DNA of 64,000 nucleotides, from positions 736,001-800,000 of the forward strand of contig CAWBOC010000009.1 in the NCBI GenBank assembly GCA_963790305.1, in the 5' to 3' direction. Origin of the DNA: an uncultured Gemmatimonadaceae bacterium. GTDB taxonomy: Bacteria; Gemmatimonadota; Gemmatimonadetes; Gemmatimonadales; Gemmatimonadaceae. The notes under the pieces were generated by a model. The model had not been told where the DNA came from, searched no databases, and was given only the letters and a program-made list of their open reading frames with translations. A program made the position numbers and the translations under genes. Of the stretch, positions 10,400 to 22,582 are shown piece after piece (position 1 is the stretch's first letter; every line of letters begins with the position of its first letter).

Positions 10400-11296
10400 A
10401 TGCGACTGGCGATGATCGGGCTGGGACGGATGGGCGGCAACATGGTGCAGCGGCTGCTCCGGGGAGGACACGAGGTGGTCGTCTACGACCGAAGCGCCGA
10501 CGCGATCGAGGCGCAGGTCGCCAACGGGGCCAAGGCGGGGAAAGACCTCGCCGACGTCGCGCGGCAGCTCGCGCCTCCTCGCGTCCTCTGGGTGATGGTG
10601 CCGGCCGGCGCTGCCGTGGAGGACACGATCAAGCAGCTCGTGCCGCATCTCGACCAGGGGGACGTCATCATCGACGGTGGCAACTCGAACTTTCGCGACT
10701 CGGTGCGCCGCGCGAAGATGCTCGAGGGAGGGATCGAGTTCGTGGACGTCGGGACCAGCGGGGGGATTCACGGCCTGGCTCACGGATACTGCCTGATGAT
10801 CGGGGCGTCCCCCCGGGCGTTCCAGCACTGCGAGCCGATCTTCCGGACGCTCGCGCCGCCAGAGGGCTACGCGCATGTGGGCCCGCCCGGTGCCGGCCAC
10901 TACGTGAAGATGGTGCACAACGGGATCGAGTACGGATTGCTACAGGCGTACGCCGAGGGCTACGAGATCCTGCACGCGTCGCAGGATTTCAGCCTCGACC
11001 TGGGGCGAATCGCGAAGCTGTGGAATCACGGCAGCGTAGTCCGCTCCTGGTTGAACGAGCTGGCGGAGCGCGCGCTCTCCCGTGACGGCGAGCTCGCTGG
11101 CATCCGTGGTTACGTAGAGGACTCGGGCGAGGGACGCTGGACCGTGGAGGAGGCGATGCGACTCGACGTGCCGGCGCCTGTGATCACGTTGTCGCTGCTC
11201 GCGCGGTTTCGCTCGCGACAGGAGGAATCCTTCGGCGCCAAGGTGATCGCCGCGCTGCGCAACGAGTTTGGCGGGCATGCGGTGCGGACCAAGTGA
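10400..11296 (+). CDS. gnd: 6-phosphogluconate dehydrogenase (decarboxylating, short type)
   Basis: GLGRMG, DGGNS, KMVHNGIEYG, DSGEGRW, LRNEFGGH. Confidence 0.95.
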   Translation: MRLAMIGLGRMGGNMVQRLLRGGHEVVVYDRSADAIEAQVANGAKAGKDLADVARQLAPPRVLWVMVPAGAAVEDTIKQLVPHLDQGDVIIDGGNSNFRDSVRRAKMLEGGIEFVDVGTSGGIHGLAHGYCLMIGASPRAFQHCEPIFRTLAPPEGYAHVGPPGAGHYVKMVHNGIEYGLLQAYAEGYEILHASQDFSLDLGRIAKLWNHGSVVRSWLNELAERALSRDGELAGIRGYVEDSGEGRWTVEEAMRLDVPAPVITLSLLARFRSRQEESFGAKVIAALRNEFGGHAVRTK

Positions 11297-11324
11297 TCGT
11301 CATCCCGCCCGGGCATCGGTAGGA

Positions 11325-11666
11325 ATGGACAACTACGATGATCGCTTTTCAGCCGAGCGCTATCGTGCGGACGAGAATGTATCCCTCATCGCGGGTGGTG
11401 TATCACGAGCCATCCCGGAACGCCTCTTCAGCCGCGCGCAGCAGATCGGGGCTGCCTACGAGCTTCACCTCCTGCCGGCGATCGAGATTCATGATTCCAC
11501 GATTCTCTCCAGGGACCAGTGTCGCGCCCTCGCCAATGAGGTCGCCTTCATCAGAGAGATCGTCTCCGACCCCCTGCTCGAACGATACCTGACGGAGATT
11601 CAGGAGCTCGCGGACGGGTGCTGGCGCTCGGCGATCGAGCGGGTGCTCGTGATCCAGGGCCCATGA
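11325..11666 (+). CDS. Hypothetical protein
   Basis: ATG after GTAGGA, fills gap, globular composition. Confidence 0.6.
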   Translation: MDNYDDRFSAERYRADENVSLIAGGVSRAIPERLFSRAQQIGAAYELHLLPAIEIHDSTILSRDQCRALANEVAFIREIVSDPLLERYLTEIQELADGCWRSAIERVLVIQGP

Positions 11667-11715
11667 TGGACCAGAACGAGAGCGGCGAACCCCACGCTCG
11701 ACTTAGGAGACATGT

Positions 11716-12087
11716 ATGAACCTGGGAGCTTTTTCGGTTAGTCTGGCGGTCAAGGATATCGAGGCGTCGAAGGTCTTCTATCAAAAGCTGGGTTTTCGAG
11801 TCTTCGCCGGAAATCAATCGCAGAACTGGCTCATTATGAAGAATGGCGACCATGCCATTGGGTTGTTTCAAGGCATGTTCGACAAGAACATTCTCACGTT
11901 CAATCCGGGCTGGAGTAGTGACGCTCAGCAACTCGGAGAATTCATGGACATCCGAGAGTTGCAGCGCCAGCTCAAGGACCGTGGCGTACACCTGATCATG
12001 GAAGCAGACGAGAGCTCTACCGGTCCGGCGAGCTTCATGATCGCCGACCCTGATGGAAACACCATCCTGCTCGATCAACACGTGTAA
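11716..12087 (+). CDS. VOC/glyoxalase family protein
   Basis: SLAVKDIEASKVFYQKLGF...DPDGNTILLDQH; RBS AGGAG. Confidence 0.88.
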   Translation: MNLGAFSVSLAVKDIEASKVFYQKLGFRVFAGNQSQNWLIMKNGDHAIGLFQGMFDKNILTFNPGWSSDAQQLGEFMDIRELQRQLKDRGVHLIMEADESSTGPASFMIADPDGNTILLDQHV

Positions 12088-12159
12088 GCGAACGGAGACA
12101 TCACCGGCCGGGAGACCCTCGCCACGTTAGGCAGGATCGCGCGACACCGTGGAGGCTTC

Positions 12160-12405
12160 GTGGACTACGACGTAGATCAGATGACGCGTGACCAGCTGAT
12201 CGCTGAGATCAGGCGGCTGCGTGCAGGGATCAGGGAGCACCGCGATAGCACCGAGCAGGAGCTGTGCTGGCACCATCCGGCGCTGTGGTCGCTGCTCCCC
12301 GAGACAACAGACCCAGTGCCGGCGGTGCCGTCGTGGCCGGATTTTCTCCGGGGATGTGTACGGTACCGCCAGTCCCTCGACGATCAGCCTCCGAACGCCG
12401 GATAG
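12160..12405 (+). CDS. Small conserved-looking hypothetical protein
   Basis: RBS GGAGG; RLRAGIREHRDS..ELCWHHPALW..FLRGC. Confidence 0.7.
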   Translation: MDYDVDQMTRDQLIAEIRRLRAGIREHRDSTEQELCWHHPALWSLLPETTDPVPAVPSWPDFLRGCVRYRQSLDDQPPNAG

Positions 12406-12470
12406 CCTTTTTTGAGACCCGGGGGCCGGCGACAGTGCGCATCAGCGAGGCGGCTTCCAGTGAGGTCGAC

Positions 12471-13034
12471 GTGAGCCTGCCGTCCAGCACCGCGCTGCTT
12501 CTCATCGACGTGCAACAGGGCCTCGATGACCCGCGCTACGGAACACGGAACAATCCCGACGCCGAGCGGCGAATCGCCGAGCTGCTGGGTGAATGGCGCG
12601 CCGCCGGCCGACCGGTCATCCACGTTCAGCACCTATCGCTGGAGCCGAGCTCGCCACTTCGCGCCGATCGGCCCGGCCACGCCTTCAAGCTCGAGGCGGC
12701 GCCCCGGGGTGACGAGCCGGTCTTTCGGAAGCACGTCAACAGCGCGTTCATGGGGACCGACCTCGAGACGTACTTGCGGGGCCGGGGTATCGATTCACTC
12801 GTGATGGTCGGGATCACCACCGATCACTGCGTCTCGAGCACAGCTCGGATGGCGGGCAATCTCGGGTTCGCGGTGACCGTCGTGGCCAATGCCACCGCGA
12901 CCTTCGAGCGTCGTGGGCCCGACGGGACGCACTATAGCGCTGACGTCATGCACGGCGTTACTCTGGCGAGCCTGCACGGCGAGTTCGCGACCGTGCGCAG
13001 CACCGGGGACGTTCTCGCCGCCATGCGTGCCTAA
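12471..13034 (+). CDS. Isochorismatase/cysteine hydrolase family
   Basis: ALLLIDVQ, KHVNSAF, GITTDHCVSST. Confidence 0.9.
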   Translation: MSLPSSTALLLIDVQQGLDDPRYGTRNNPDAERRIAELLGEWRAAGRPVIHVQHLSLEPSSPLRADRPGHAFKLEAAPRGDEPVFRKHVNSAFMGTDLETYLRGRGIDSLVMVGITTDHCVSSTARMAGNLGFAVTVVANATATFERRGPDGTHYSADVMHGVTLASLHGEFATVRSTGDVLAAMRA

Positions 13035-13056
13035 CGTGCCGTCATCCGAGGATCCC

Positions 13057-13881
13057 ATGCAGAAAGAGGTCGATCTCTACGACGGATACTACGGCTACCT
13101 CGCCGCCGACCCCCAGGTGGCGGTGCGCCGCGAGACCTACGACGAGGATCTTGGACAGGCAAGCTGGATCACGCTCGCCGAAGCGCGCGAATTCTTTCGC
13201 GCGCTCGCGCTCGGGCCCGGGCAAACGGCACTGGAAGTGGCGTGTGGCTCGGGAGGCGTCACCTGCCGCATGGCCGTCGAGACCCAGGCGAGCTGTATCG
13301 GCGTCGACATCAACGTCGAGGGCATCACCGCCGCTCGAGGGCGAGCGAGCGAGCAAGGCCTCGCCGCGCGCGTCTCGTTTCAGGTGGCTGATGCCGGACG
13401 GTCGCTTCCCTTCCCGGACGAATCCTTCGACGCAGTATTCTGCAACGACGCGATCAACCACTTTCCTCGGCGCGCCAATGTGCTCCGCGACTGGTACCGC
13501 GTGCTGCGGCCGGGTGGCCGACTGCTCTTCACCGATCCCATCGTGGTCACGGGTCAGCTGACCAATGAGGAGATGCGCGACCGAAGCTCGATCGGGTTCT
13601 TTCTCTTCACGCCCACCGAGTACAACGAGCCGCTCCTGGCGAACGTCGGCTACATCGTTCACGAGGTGCGCGACGTCACCGACAACGTCGCATCCATCTC
13701 GAGCAAATGGCGGGACGCGCGAGCGAAGCGCCGCGCGGAGCTCGTGAAGCTCGAGAGTGACACCGGTTTCGAAGGGCTGCAGCGATTTCTCACCGCTGTG
13801 TACACGATGTCGAGTGAACGGCGCTTGTCGCGGTTCATGTACCTGGCGTCGAAGCCCTCGTCGCACGACAGAGAGATCTAA
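13057..13881 (+). CDS. Class I SAM-dependent methyltransferase
   Basis: LEVACGSGG, LPFPDESFDAV, RVLRPGG. Confidence 0.9.
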   Translation: MQKEVDLYDGYYGYLAADPQVAVRRETYDEDLGQASWITLAEAREFFRALALGPGQTALEVACGSGGVTCRMAVETQASCIGVDINVEGITAARGRASEQGLAARVSFQVADAGRSLPFPDESFDAVFCNDAINHFPRRANVLRDWYRVLRPGGRLLFTDPIVVTGQLTNEEMRDRSSIGFFLFTPTEYNEPLLANVGYIVHEVRDVTDNVASISSKWRDARAKRRAELVKLESDTGFEGLQRFLTAVYTMSSERRLSRFMYLASKPSSHDREI

Positions 13882-13892
13882 GGGAGTCCACT

Positions 13893-14384
13893 ATGCGGTT
13901 TCTCGTCCGGGCAATCGCACTTGCATTCGGCATTGTCGCCACCGCGACGGCCCCGGCGCAGGTAACCCCCGCACCGGTGGCGGTCGGGGCACGCGTGCGC
14001 CTAACGCTTCCCGAGCCGGGCCCTCATCGCTTCGGAGTTATCGCGCGCGAGCGATCGCTCATCGGCGAGGTCGTGAGCGTCACCTCGGAGACGCTGACCG
14101 TCCGCCCACACCCGCTGCTTCCGCCGGTGGACGTTCCACGGTCGGCGGTACAGCGCCTCCATGTCAGTCGCGGCACCTCACGATGGCGCAGCGCGGCTTC
14201 AGGTGTGGTTGGTGGTGCACTGCTCGGCGCGCTCTGGGGCCAGGTCCTGCATGGGCTCGAGCTACGCAGCTCGAGCTTCGATACGGGGGCGCATGCGCGA
14301 TCGCGCGGTGCGATACTCGGAGCCGCCACGTTCGCGCTCAGCGGGGCACTCTTTCCACGCGAAAGCTGGCGTCGCGTTCGATGA
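13893..14384 (+). CDS. Hypothetical exported/membrane protein
   Basis: RBS GGGAG, signal peptide, Gly-rich C-terminal hydrophobic helices. Confidence 0.7.
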   Translation: MRFLVRAIALAFGIVATATAPAQVTPAPVAVGARVRLTLPEPGPHRFGVIARERSLIGEVVSVTSETLTVRPHPLLPPVDVPRSAVQRLHVSRGTSRWRSAASGVVGGALLGALWGQVLHGLELRSSSFDTGAHARSRGAILGAATFALSGALFPRESWRRVR

Positions 14385-14488
14385 TGGTGTGATCGCGCCA
14401 TTGCTGGCCTTTGGTTCCGGCCGTGGTGATATTGCGAACCAGCTGGCACCTTGCCCGGGAACGGCCGTGCGGCGCGCCTCGTGCGTCC

Positions 14489-14514
14489 TGAAACCGCCTG
14501 CTTCCACGGACGTA
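14489..14514 (+). promoter_or_regulatory. ECF sigma-type promoter (TGAAAC-N16-CGTA)
   Basis: Exact SigW-type consensus 65 nt upstream of kinase ATG. Confidence 0.6.
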
Positions 14515-14579
14515 TCGTTCAATCCTGACGTCGACAGCACGCCCTTGCTCCCGCCACATTTGCCATCACCCTTCGCCGC

Positions 14580-16499
<1,920 letters not shown>

Positions 16500-16541
16500 C
16501 CGCAGCGCTGAACGAGACGTTCAGCATGAGCCCGCGGAAGG

Positions 16542-16841
16542 TCAGGCGGGCGTTCCGTTCCCTTCGGTCGGCGTCGTTGCCGCGGCGGCAGGTCGTGGCT
16601 GCCCACGATTGTGCCAGCTCCGCGCAGGTTCGGCGCGGCGCGTCAGCATGTTCTGATAATAGGCCACGATGCGGTCGCGCACCGACGCCTCGGTATCACC
16701 GCGAGCGGCTTGAAACGGGGCATAACGGTGGGTATCGCCCGACACCTCGAACCACCACCAGGCCTCCGGTCGGCCAGCTAAACCCTCTATGTGGCAGGTG
16801 TACTTCCGGTCGCCATCGGCGAAACTGAACTTCTTCGTCAT
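16542..16841 (-). CDS. Hypothetical protein
   Basis: RBS GGAG; MTKKFSFADGDRKYTC...AWWWFEV...RYAPF. Confidence 0.7.
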   Translation of the reverse strand: MTKKFSFADGDRKYTCHIEGLAGRPEAWWWFEVSGDTHRYAPFQAARGDTEASVRDRIVAYYQNMLTRRAEPARSWHNRGQPRPAAAATTPTEGNGTPA

Positions 16842-17151
16842 GGGTGCTCCACTGGTTGACTCGAAATGTACCACCGTGCGCACAATAATGCCTGATTTTG
16901 CGGCCTCCGACGACGTAATTCGGCCCGTTATCCGGCGTACGATGGCCGAGTATCTCTCGCGGAACCGCTCCTCGCGCACTTAACTCGCTTTACAGGCGCT
17001 CCGCGCGCCGGGGCCGGCGAGCCTAGCCAACTGCGCCCCCCTCAGGCCAAGATATCCAACGCACATCCAGGTCTGTTCGACGTACGAACGGAGACGACGT
17101 GGACACGCCACCAACCTGTGAGATGCTGGCAGCGATGCGCGCAGCGGTCCG

Positions 17152-18357
17152 ATGAGCGCCAGGCACACCACCATCCTCTGCCTGGCCAGCTACGTAAAGG
17201 GACATGAGTTCCTGCGCGAGTGCAAACGTCTGGGCTGCCGGGTGCTCCTGCTCACGGTGGAGAAGCACAAGGACGCCGAGTGGCCGCGCGAGAGCATCGA
17301 CGAGCGCTACCTCATGCCAGCCTTGCTGGGCCGCGAGGATGTCATCCACGCGGTCAGCTATCTGGCGCGCACCGAATCGATCGATCGTATCGTCCCGCTC
17401 GATGAGTTCGATCTGGAGATGGCGTCGACGCTGCGCGAGCATCTGCGAATTCCGGGCATGGGCGAGACGACGGTCCGGTACTTTCGCGACAAGCTGGCGA
17501 TGCGCATGCGCGCGCTGGAGCGCGGCGTCCCGGTTCCCGAGTTCGTCTCGATCCTGAACTACGATCGCGTCCGGGAGTACCTCGCGACCGTCCCTGGACC
17601 GTGGGTGCTCAAGCCGCGATTCTCGGCGTCCGCCATCGGGATTCGAAAGCTCGACACGGCCGACCAGCTCTGGCCCATCCTCGATGAGCTCGGGGATCGC
17701 CAGTCGTTTCACCTTCTGGAGCGCTTCATTCCCGGTAGCGTGTACCATGTCGACTCGATCGTGACCGACGGCGACGTCCGGTTCGCCGAAGCGCATGGAT
17801 ACGTGAATCCGCCCTTCGACGTCTACCATGGCGGAGGGTTGTTCGCCACGAGCACCCTCGACGTCGGCTCACCGGAGGAACGAAGCCTCACCACGCTCAA
17901 CGACGCCGTGGCGCAGGCGTTAGGCATGGTCCGCGGAGTGCTGCATACCGAATTCATCCGAAGTGCGGCCGACGGTCGCTTTTACTTCCTCGAGACGGCG
18001 GCGCGGGTGGGTGGGGCGTTCATTGTCGAGATGGTGGAGGCAGCGACCGGCATCAACCTGTGGCGGGAGTGGGCGCGACTGGAGGTCGCGCATGCACGCG
18101 GCGAGCCGTACGAACCACCGCGGCCTCGACGTGACTACGCCGGCCTCGTCATCTCCCTCGCGAAGCAGGAATGGCCGGATACCTCGGCGTACACGGATCC
18201 GGAGATCGTCTGGCGGCTCCGCAAGCGTCACCACGTCGGAGTGATCGTGGCGTCGCCGCTGCGGGCGCGGGTGCACGAGCTGATTCCGGCGTACATGCAC
18301 CGCTTCCGCGATGAGTTCTACGCGACGCTGCCCGCGGCGGCGGAAGCGGTTGACTGA
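17152..18357 (+). CDS. ATP-grasp domain protein
   Basis: [34 protein letters not shown]. Confidence 0.88.
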   Translation: MSARHTTILCLASYVKGHEFLRECKRLGCRVLLLTVEKHKDAEWPRESIDERYLMPALLGREDVIHAVSYLARTESIDRIVPLDEFDLEMASTLREHLRIPGMGETTVRYFRDKLAMRMRALERGVPVPEFVSILNYDRVREYLATVPGPWVLKPRFSASAIGIRKLDTADQLWPILDELGDRQSFHLLERFIPGSVYHVDSIVTDGDVRFAEAHGYVNPPFDVYHGGGLFATSTLDVGSPEERSLTTLNDAVAQALGMVRGVLHTEFIRSAADGRFYFLETAARVGGAFIVEMVEAATGINLWREWARLEVAHARGEPYEPPRPRRDYAGLVISLAKQEWPDTSAYTDPEIVWRLRKRHHVGVIVASPLRARVHELIPAYMHRFRDEFYATLPAAAEAVD

Positions 18358-18370
18358 CGGGGTGGACTCG

Positions 18371-19138
18371 ATGCCGGTCATCGCGCTGACCCGCGACATC
18401 AGCCCCGCCATCGCGGAGTGCGAGCTGACGCATCTCGAGCGTACGACCATCGATCTCGAGATCGCCCGGGCGCAGCACGACGCCTACGAGCGGTGCCTCG
18501 CGGCGGCGGGTTGTGTCGTCCAGCGACTCGAGGCGGCCGCCGACATGCCCGACTCGGTGTTCATCGAGGACATCGCGATCGTCTTCGATGAGATTGCGGT
18601 GATTACGCGGCCCGGAGCGCCGTCGCGTCGTGTCGAGACCCCGACCGTGGCGGAAGCAGTCGCCAGGCACCGCCCCGTTCGTCGTATCGAGCCACCAGGG
18701 ACGGTCGACGGCGGCGACGTGCTGCGCGTTGGTCGCACGGTGTTCGTCGGATGCTCCGGGCGCACGAACAGCGCCGGCATCGGGCAGCTGCGGTGCGCGC
18801 TGCGGCCACTCGGCTACGATGTGCGCGAGGTCGACGTCCGCGGCTGTCTTCATCTCAAGTCGGCAGTCACGGCCGCGTCGGATGAGCTGCTGCTCGTGAA
18901 CCACGCCTGGATTCCCGAAGCGGACCTCACCGGGTTCGACGTGCTCGAGGTTCACCCGGACGAGCCGTACGGAGCAAACCTGCTCCGTCTCACCGACCGC
19001 GCCATCCATGCGACGGCATTCCCGCACACGCGAAAACGGCTGGAGCAGCGTGGCGTTCGTGTCGAATCGGTCGATTTGAGCGAGCTCGCAAAGGCCGAAG
19101 GAGCGGTGACCTGTTGCAGCATTGTCATTCCGGTGTGA
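18371..19138 (+). CDS. Dimethylarginine dimethylaminohydrolase (amidinotransferase family)
   Basis: PDSVFIED, DGGDV, HLKS, KAEGAVTCCS. Confidence 0.9.
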   Translation: MPVIALTRDISPAIAECELTHLERTTIDLEIARAQHDAYERCLAAAGCVVQRLEAAADMPDSVFIEDIAIVFDEIAVITRPGAPSRRVETPTVAEAVARHRPVRRIEPPGTVDGGDVLRVGRTVFVGCSGRTNSAGIGQLRCALRPLGYDVREVDVRGCLHLKSAVTAASDELLLVNHAWIPEADLTGFDVLEVHPDEPYGANLLRLTDRAIHATAFPHTRKRLEQRGVRVESVDLSELAKAEGAVTCCSIVIPV

Positions 19139-19180
19139 CCCGCGGTTCGCAGACCCACGTCGTTCAGGAGGAGAAACGTC

Positions 19181-19915
19181 TTGCCCGACCATGAGCTCGT
19201 TCGTTCGTTGAGTCGCCGCGAGTTCCTGCTTGCCGCGACGTCGGCTGCCGCCCTGGCGTGTGCAGGGCGCCGGACCGGCGCGCCGACCGGCTCCGTCGTG
19301 GTGTTTCAGGGCGATTCGATCACTGACGGCGGACGCGACCGCAGCATTCTCGACGCGAACAACGACGCGGCGTTCGGCTCGAGCTACGCGGCGCTGCTCA
19401 TGCGCGAGATCCGCGTCGCGCGTCCGGAAGTTCCGTGGCGGTTCTACAACCGCGGCATCAGTGGCAACAAGCTTCCGGACCTGCAAGCGCGCTGGGCCGC
19501 GGACACGATCGCGCTGCGACCGGACATCCTCAGCATTCTGGCCGGGGTGAACGACTACTGGCACTCGCGCAGCTTCGGCTATGCCGGAACGGCGGCCGAT
19601 TACGAACGGCAGTACACCGCCTTGCTCAGGGAGACACGGACGGCGCTGCCTAACGCCACGATCGTGGTGCTCGAGCCGTTCGTGCTGCGGGTCGGGGCCG
19701 TGGACGCGAGCTGGTTTCCGGCGTTCGATGAGCGACGAGCGGTCGCGGCGCGCGTCGCCAGCGCGGTGGGCGCGCGGTTCGTGCCCCTTCAGGCGGCGTT
19801 CAATGCGCGCGCGGCCGAGACCGGGCCCGAGGCGTGGGCGAAGGATGGCGTGCATCCGACGCCGGCCGGTCATGCGCTGATCGCGCAGCAGTGGCGCGCG
19901 GTCGTCGGACTCTAG
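19181..19915 (+). CDS. SGNH/GDSL hydrolase with Tat-like signal
   Basis: SRREFLL, FQGDSITD, NRGISG, GVND, DGVHP. Confidence 0.92.
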   Translation: MPDHELVRSLSRREFLLAATSAAALACAGRRTGAPTGSVVVFQGDSITDGGRDRSILDANNDAAFGSSYAALLMREIRVARPEVPWRFYNRGISGNKLPDLQARWAADTIALRPDILSILAGVNDYWHSRSFGYAGTAADYERQYTALLRETRTALPNATIVVLEPFVLRVGAVDASWFPAFDERRAVAARVASAVGARFVPLQAAFNARAAETGPEAWAKDGVHPTPAGHALIAQQWRAVVGL

Positions 19916-19927
19916 GCAGCTACGCCC

Positions 19928-20395
19928 ATGGGCAGCAACCACGACGCCAGCGCCCCTGCACCGCAGCTTCCACCCGCGCCGACGCTGCCCATGGCCGTGC
20001 GGGTCCTGCTCGCGGTGTTCGCGCTTCCACTGGTCGTCGTCGGCGTTCTCCTGCTGATCGCCGCGGCGCGCAACATTTCGGCAGCACCGGGGGCTGTCAT
20101 CGCGATCGCGATCGTGCAGATCGTGGCCGGCGGCGCGATCGGACTTGCCGCGGCACGCGGCCACTCGCGCTTCTGGGGCGGTGAGTCGGTCTCGTCGATC
20201 CTCCTTCCGCTCATCGGCGCGCTGGCCCTCGTTACGGCATACGACCGCGGTGGAGAGGCAAGTCGAGCGCTCGGCATCTCGGAGCAAGCCGCGACCGCCC
20301 TGTTTCTCATCATCGCCGGGATCGCGATCTTCGCCGCCATGGTGTTCGCGTGGCGAAAGGGCGTCAGTGAGCGTGGCTCGCGCAATGTCAGGTGA
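19928..20395 (+). CDS. Hypothetical membrane protein
   Basis: Four hydrophobic segments, operon position. Confidence 0.65.
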   Translation: MGSNHDASAPAPQLPPAPTLPMAVRVLLAVFALPLVVVGVLLLIAAARNISAAPGAVIAIAIVQIVAGGAIGLAAARGHSRFWGGESVSSILLPLIGALALVTAYDRGGEASRALGISEQAATALFLIIAGIAIFAAMVFAWRKGVSERGSRNVR

Positions 20396-20921
20396 CGATC
20401 GCGACGTGCACGAGCGTGCTCTGCTCCGACACTTCCTCGCCGCACTGGCCTATCGAACCCAGAAGGCGCTCCGCGATGCGCCCACCGATTTTGGCGACTT
20501 CAGCGCCGGCGGCGCCTGCCGCACTCCGTCGGAGCTCGTGAGGCACATGACGAGCGTGCTGGGCTATTCACGTACCTTCTTCGTCGGCGGACGCTACTGG
20601 CCTGAGGCCGAGCCCGATCTCGCCGGCGAGATTCGCCGGTTTCACGCCATGGTGCAGGACGTGGCGACGCACCTCGATCGTGGCGATGCGCTCAACGGGA
20701 CGACGCCAGCCCGTCTGCTGCAGGGACCGTTCGCCGACGCGATGACGCACGCCGGACAGCTGGCGCTGCTGCGACGGCTCGCCGGCAGTCCCGTGCCGCC
20801 GGAAAATTTCATCGTCGCGAACGTCGACCCGACCAACCTCGGCCCCGATCAACCCAGGCCGGTCAGCCCCGATCGCAGGTGGCCGGAGGCGCCGCCGGGG
20901 TGGCGGGGGTCCGACGAGTGA
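20385..20921 (+). CDS. DinB-like protein
   Basis: ELVRHM...DAMTHAGQLALLRR His pattern. Confidence 0.7.
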   Translation: MSGDDRDVHERALLRHFLAALAYRTQKALRDAPTDFGDFSAGGACRTPSELVRHMTSVLGYSRTFFVGGRYWPEAEPDLAGEIRRFHAMVQDVATHLDRGDALNGTTPARLLQGPFADAMTHAGQLALLRRLAGSPVPPENFIVANVDPTNLGPDQPRPVSPDRRWPEAPPGWRGSDE

Positions 20922-20965
20922 CGGGTGAGGTGGCGCCGTCCAGATCCACCGGGTAGCCTCCGCTC

Positions 20966-21286
20966 ATGACCTTTCTCGATTACGGCGATATCACCCCTCG
21001 CGAGATCGCACCCGGGTTCTCCGCGCGCTTCGTGCACACGCACGGAATGACGCTCGCGCGCGTCGAGGTCCGCGCCAATGCGCGTATCCCCCAGCACGCG
21101 CACCCGCACGAGCAGGTGACGACGGTGCTGTCCGGTGAGCTCGAGCTCACCGTCGGCGGAGAAGTGAGAGTCCTTCGACCAGGAATGGTCGCGTTCATTC
21201 CCGGGGGTGTTCCGCATTCGGCACGCGCGGTCACCGCGTGCCAGGTGCTGGACGTGTTTCACCCGGTGCGCGACGATTACCGCTGA
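20966..21286 (+). CDS. Cupin domain protein
   Basis: HAHPHEQ...G.....IPGGVPH. Confidence 0.9.
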   Translation: MTFLDYGDITPREIAPGFSARFVHTHGMTLARVEVRANARIPQHAHPHEQVTTVLSGELELTVGGEVRVLRPGMVAFIPGGVPHSARAVTACQVLDVFHPVRDDYR

Positions 21287-21291
21287 GCGTC

Positions 21292-22020
21292 GTGACAGTC
21301 TGGTTTCTCGTTGCTCTCACCGTCGTTGCCGTGCTCTCCGGCGCGACGGCGGCGGTCGTGGGCTTTGGCATCGGCAGCCTGCTGACGCCGCTTCTCGCCG
21401 TGCGTGTGGGGATGCCCGCGGCGATCGCGGCCATCGCGCTTCCTCACGCCGCCGCCACCGCGCTTCGCTTCTGGCGGCTGCGTGGCGCGGTTGACTGGGC
21501 CGTCGTGCGCCGGTTCGGTGTGCTCAGTGCAGCTGGCGGACTCGCGGGGGCCCTTCTCTATGCTCGCCTCGGCGGTCGCGAGCTCACATTGGTGCTCGCT
21601 GGACTGCTCATCCTCACTGGCGTGACAGGCCTAACGGGGATCATGCGACGCGTTGATTCCGGGCCCGCTGCCGGCGTGCTGGGAGCCATCTCGGGATTTT
21701 TCGGCGGGCTTGCCGGTAATCAGGGAGGGTTGCGCTCCGCGGCACTTCTCACCTTTCACCTGCCACCCGCGGCGTTCGTCGCCACGGCGACGGCGACCGC
21801 GCTGCTCGTGGACCTGGCGCGAACGCCGGTGTACCTCTGGCGCGCCAGCGCGGACCTGCTCAGCCTATGGCTTCCGATCACGGTTGCCACGGCGGGTGTG
21901 TTAGGCGGTACGCTGCTCGGCGAACGAATCCTCCTCGGGATGACACCGGAGCGCTTCCGCCGGGCCGTCTCGCTCGCGATCTTGGCACTCGGCGCGCTGC
22001 TGCTCGTTCGCGCGTTGTAG
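21292..22020 (+). CDS. TauE/SafE (TSUP) family membrane protein
   Basis: GFGIGSLLTP, GFFGGLAGNQGG, about 8 TM. Confidence 0.82.
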   Translation: MTVWFLVALTVVAVLSGATAAVVGFGIGSLLTPLLAVRVGMPAAIAAIALPHAAATALRFWRLRGAVDWAVVRRFGVLSAAGGLAGALLYARLGGRELTLVLAGLLILTGVTGLTGIMRRVDSGPAAGVLGAISGFFGGLAGNQGGLRSAALLTFHLPPAAFVATATATALLVDLARTPVYLWRASADLLSLWLPITVATAGVLGGTLLGERILLGMTPERFRRAVSLAILALGALLLVRAL

Positions 22021-22051
22021 CCGACCGAACGTAGCTCCTGGTGCGAACCAC

Positions 22052-22507
22052 ATGCCTCTTCGATTGATCCAGATCGTCCTCGCGCTCTTCGTGGTCGGGC
22101 TCGCGACCGTGCTGATCGGTCCGGTCGCCGCCACCATGCTCACGCCCGGCTGGTTCGAGGACGCCACTGCGCGACACTGGGCGAGCATGATCCTGTTTCT
22201 CTCTGTCGCCGCCGGATTGTTGTTGGCCGCATTCCGCCTGGCGTTCGCCCGCAATCGGTCGCCGTATCGGCTGTTGGGAGCCATCGATTGGTGGGTCGTG
22301 GCGGTGCTGAGCGTCGTCGCGACGGCGTGCGCCGCCGTCGCATCGCACTGGACGATCGCGTTACCCGGGCTTCTGCCGATTGCGATCGCCGTGGCATTGG
22401 CGCGCCGGCGCGCGCGGGAGGAGCGAATGACGCTCGTGGAGCCGGGCGTCGCAGACCTTCCACCTCGCGCGACGTTCACGAGCGCGGGGCCGTCAGGAAA
22501 GAGTTAG
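22052..22507 (+). CDS. Hypothetical membrane protein
   Basis: Four hydrophobic segments. Confidence 0.6.
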   Translation: MPLRLIQIVLALFVVGLATVLIGPVAATMLTPGWFEDATARHWASMILFLSVAAGLLLAAFRLAFARNRSPYRLLGAIDWWVVAVLSVVATACAAVASHWTIALPGLLPIAIAVALARRRAREERMTLVEPGVADLPPRATFTSAGPSGKS

Positions 22508-22582
22508 AAGTCTCACGCTCGCATGGCGCGCTTCGCTGGCGCGCCATACCTGTGGGTCGGGCTCTCTCCAGGAGGTCGCTCC

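Noticed and set aside
12126..13036. Integron cassette remnants (GTTAGGC before a gene, GCCTAAC on a stop codon)
   Set aside because: No complete attC palindrome and no integrase; 7-mers can occur by chance.
16842..17151. Possible ncRNA or riboswitch in a 310-bp divergent intergenic region
   Set aside because: No recognisable motif or strong structure by eye; would need a covariance-model search.
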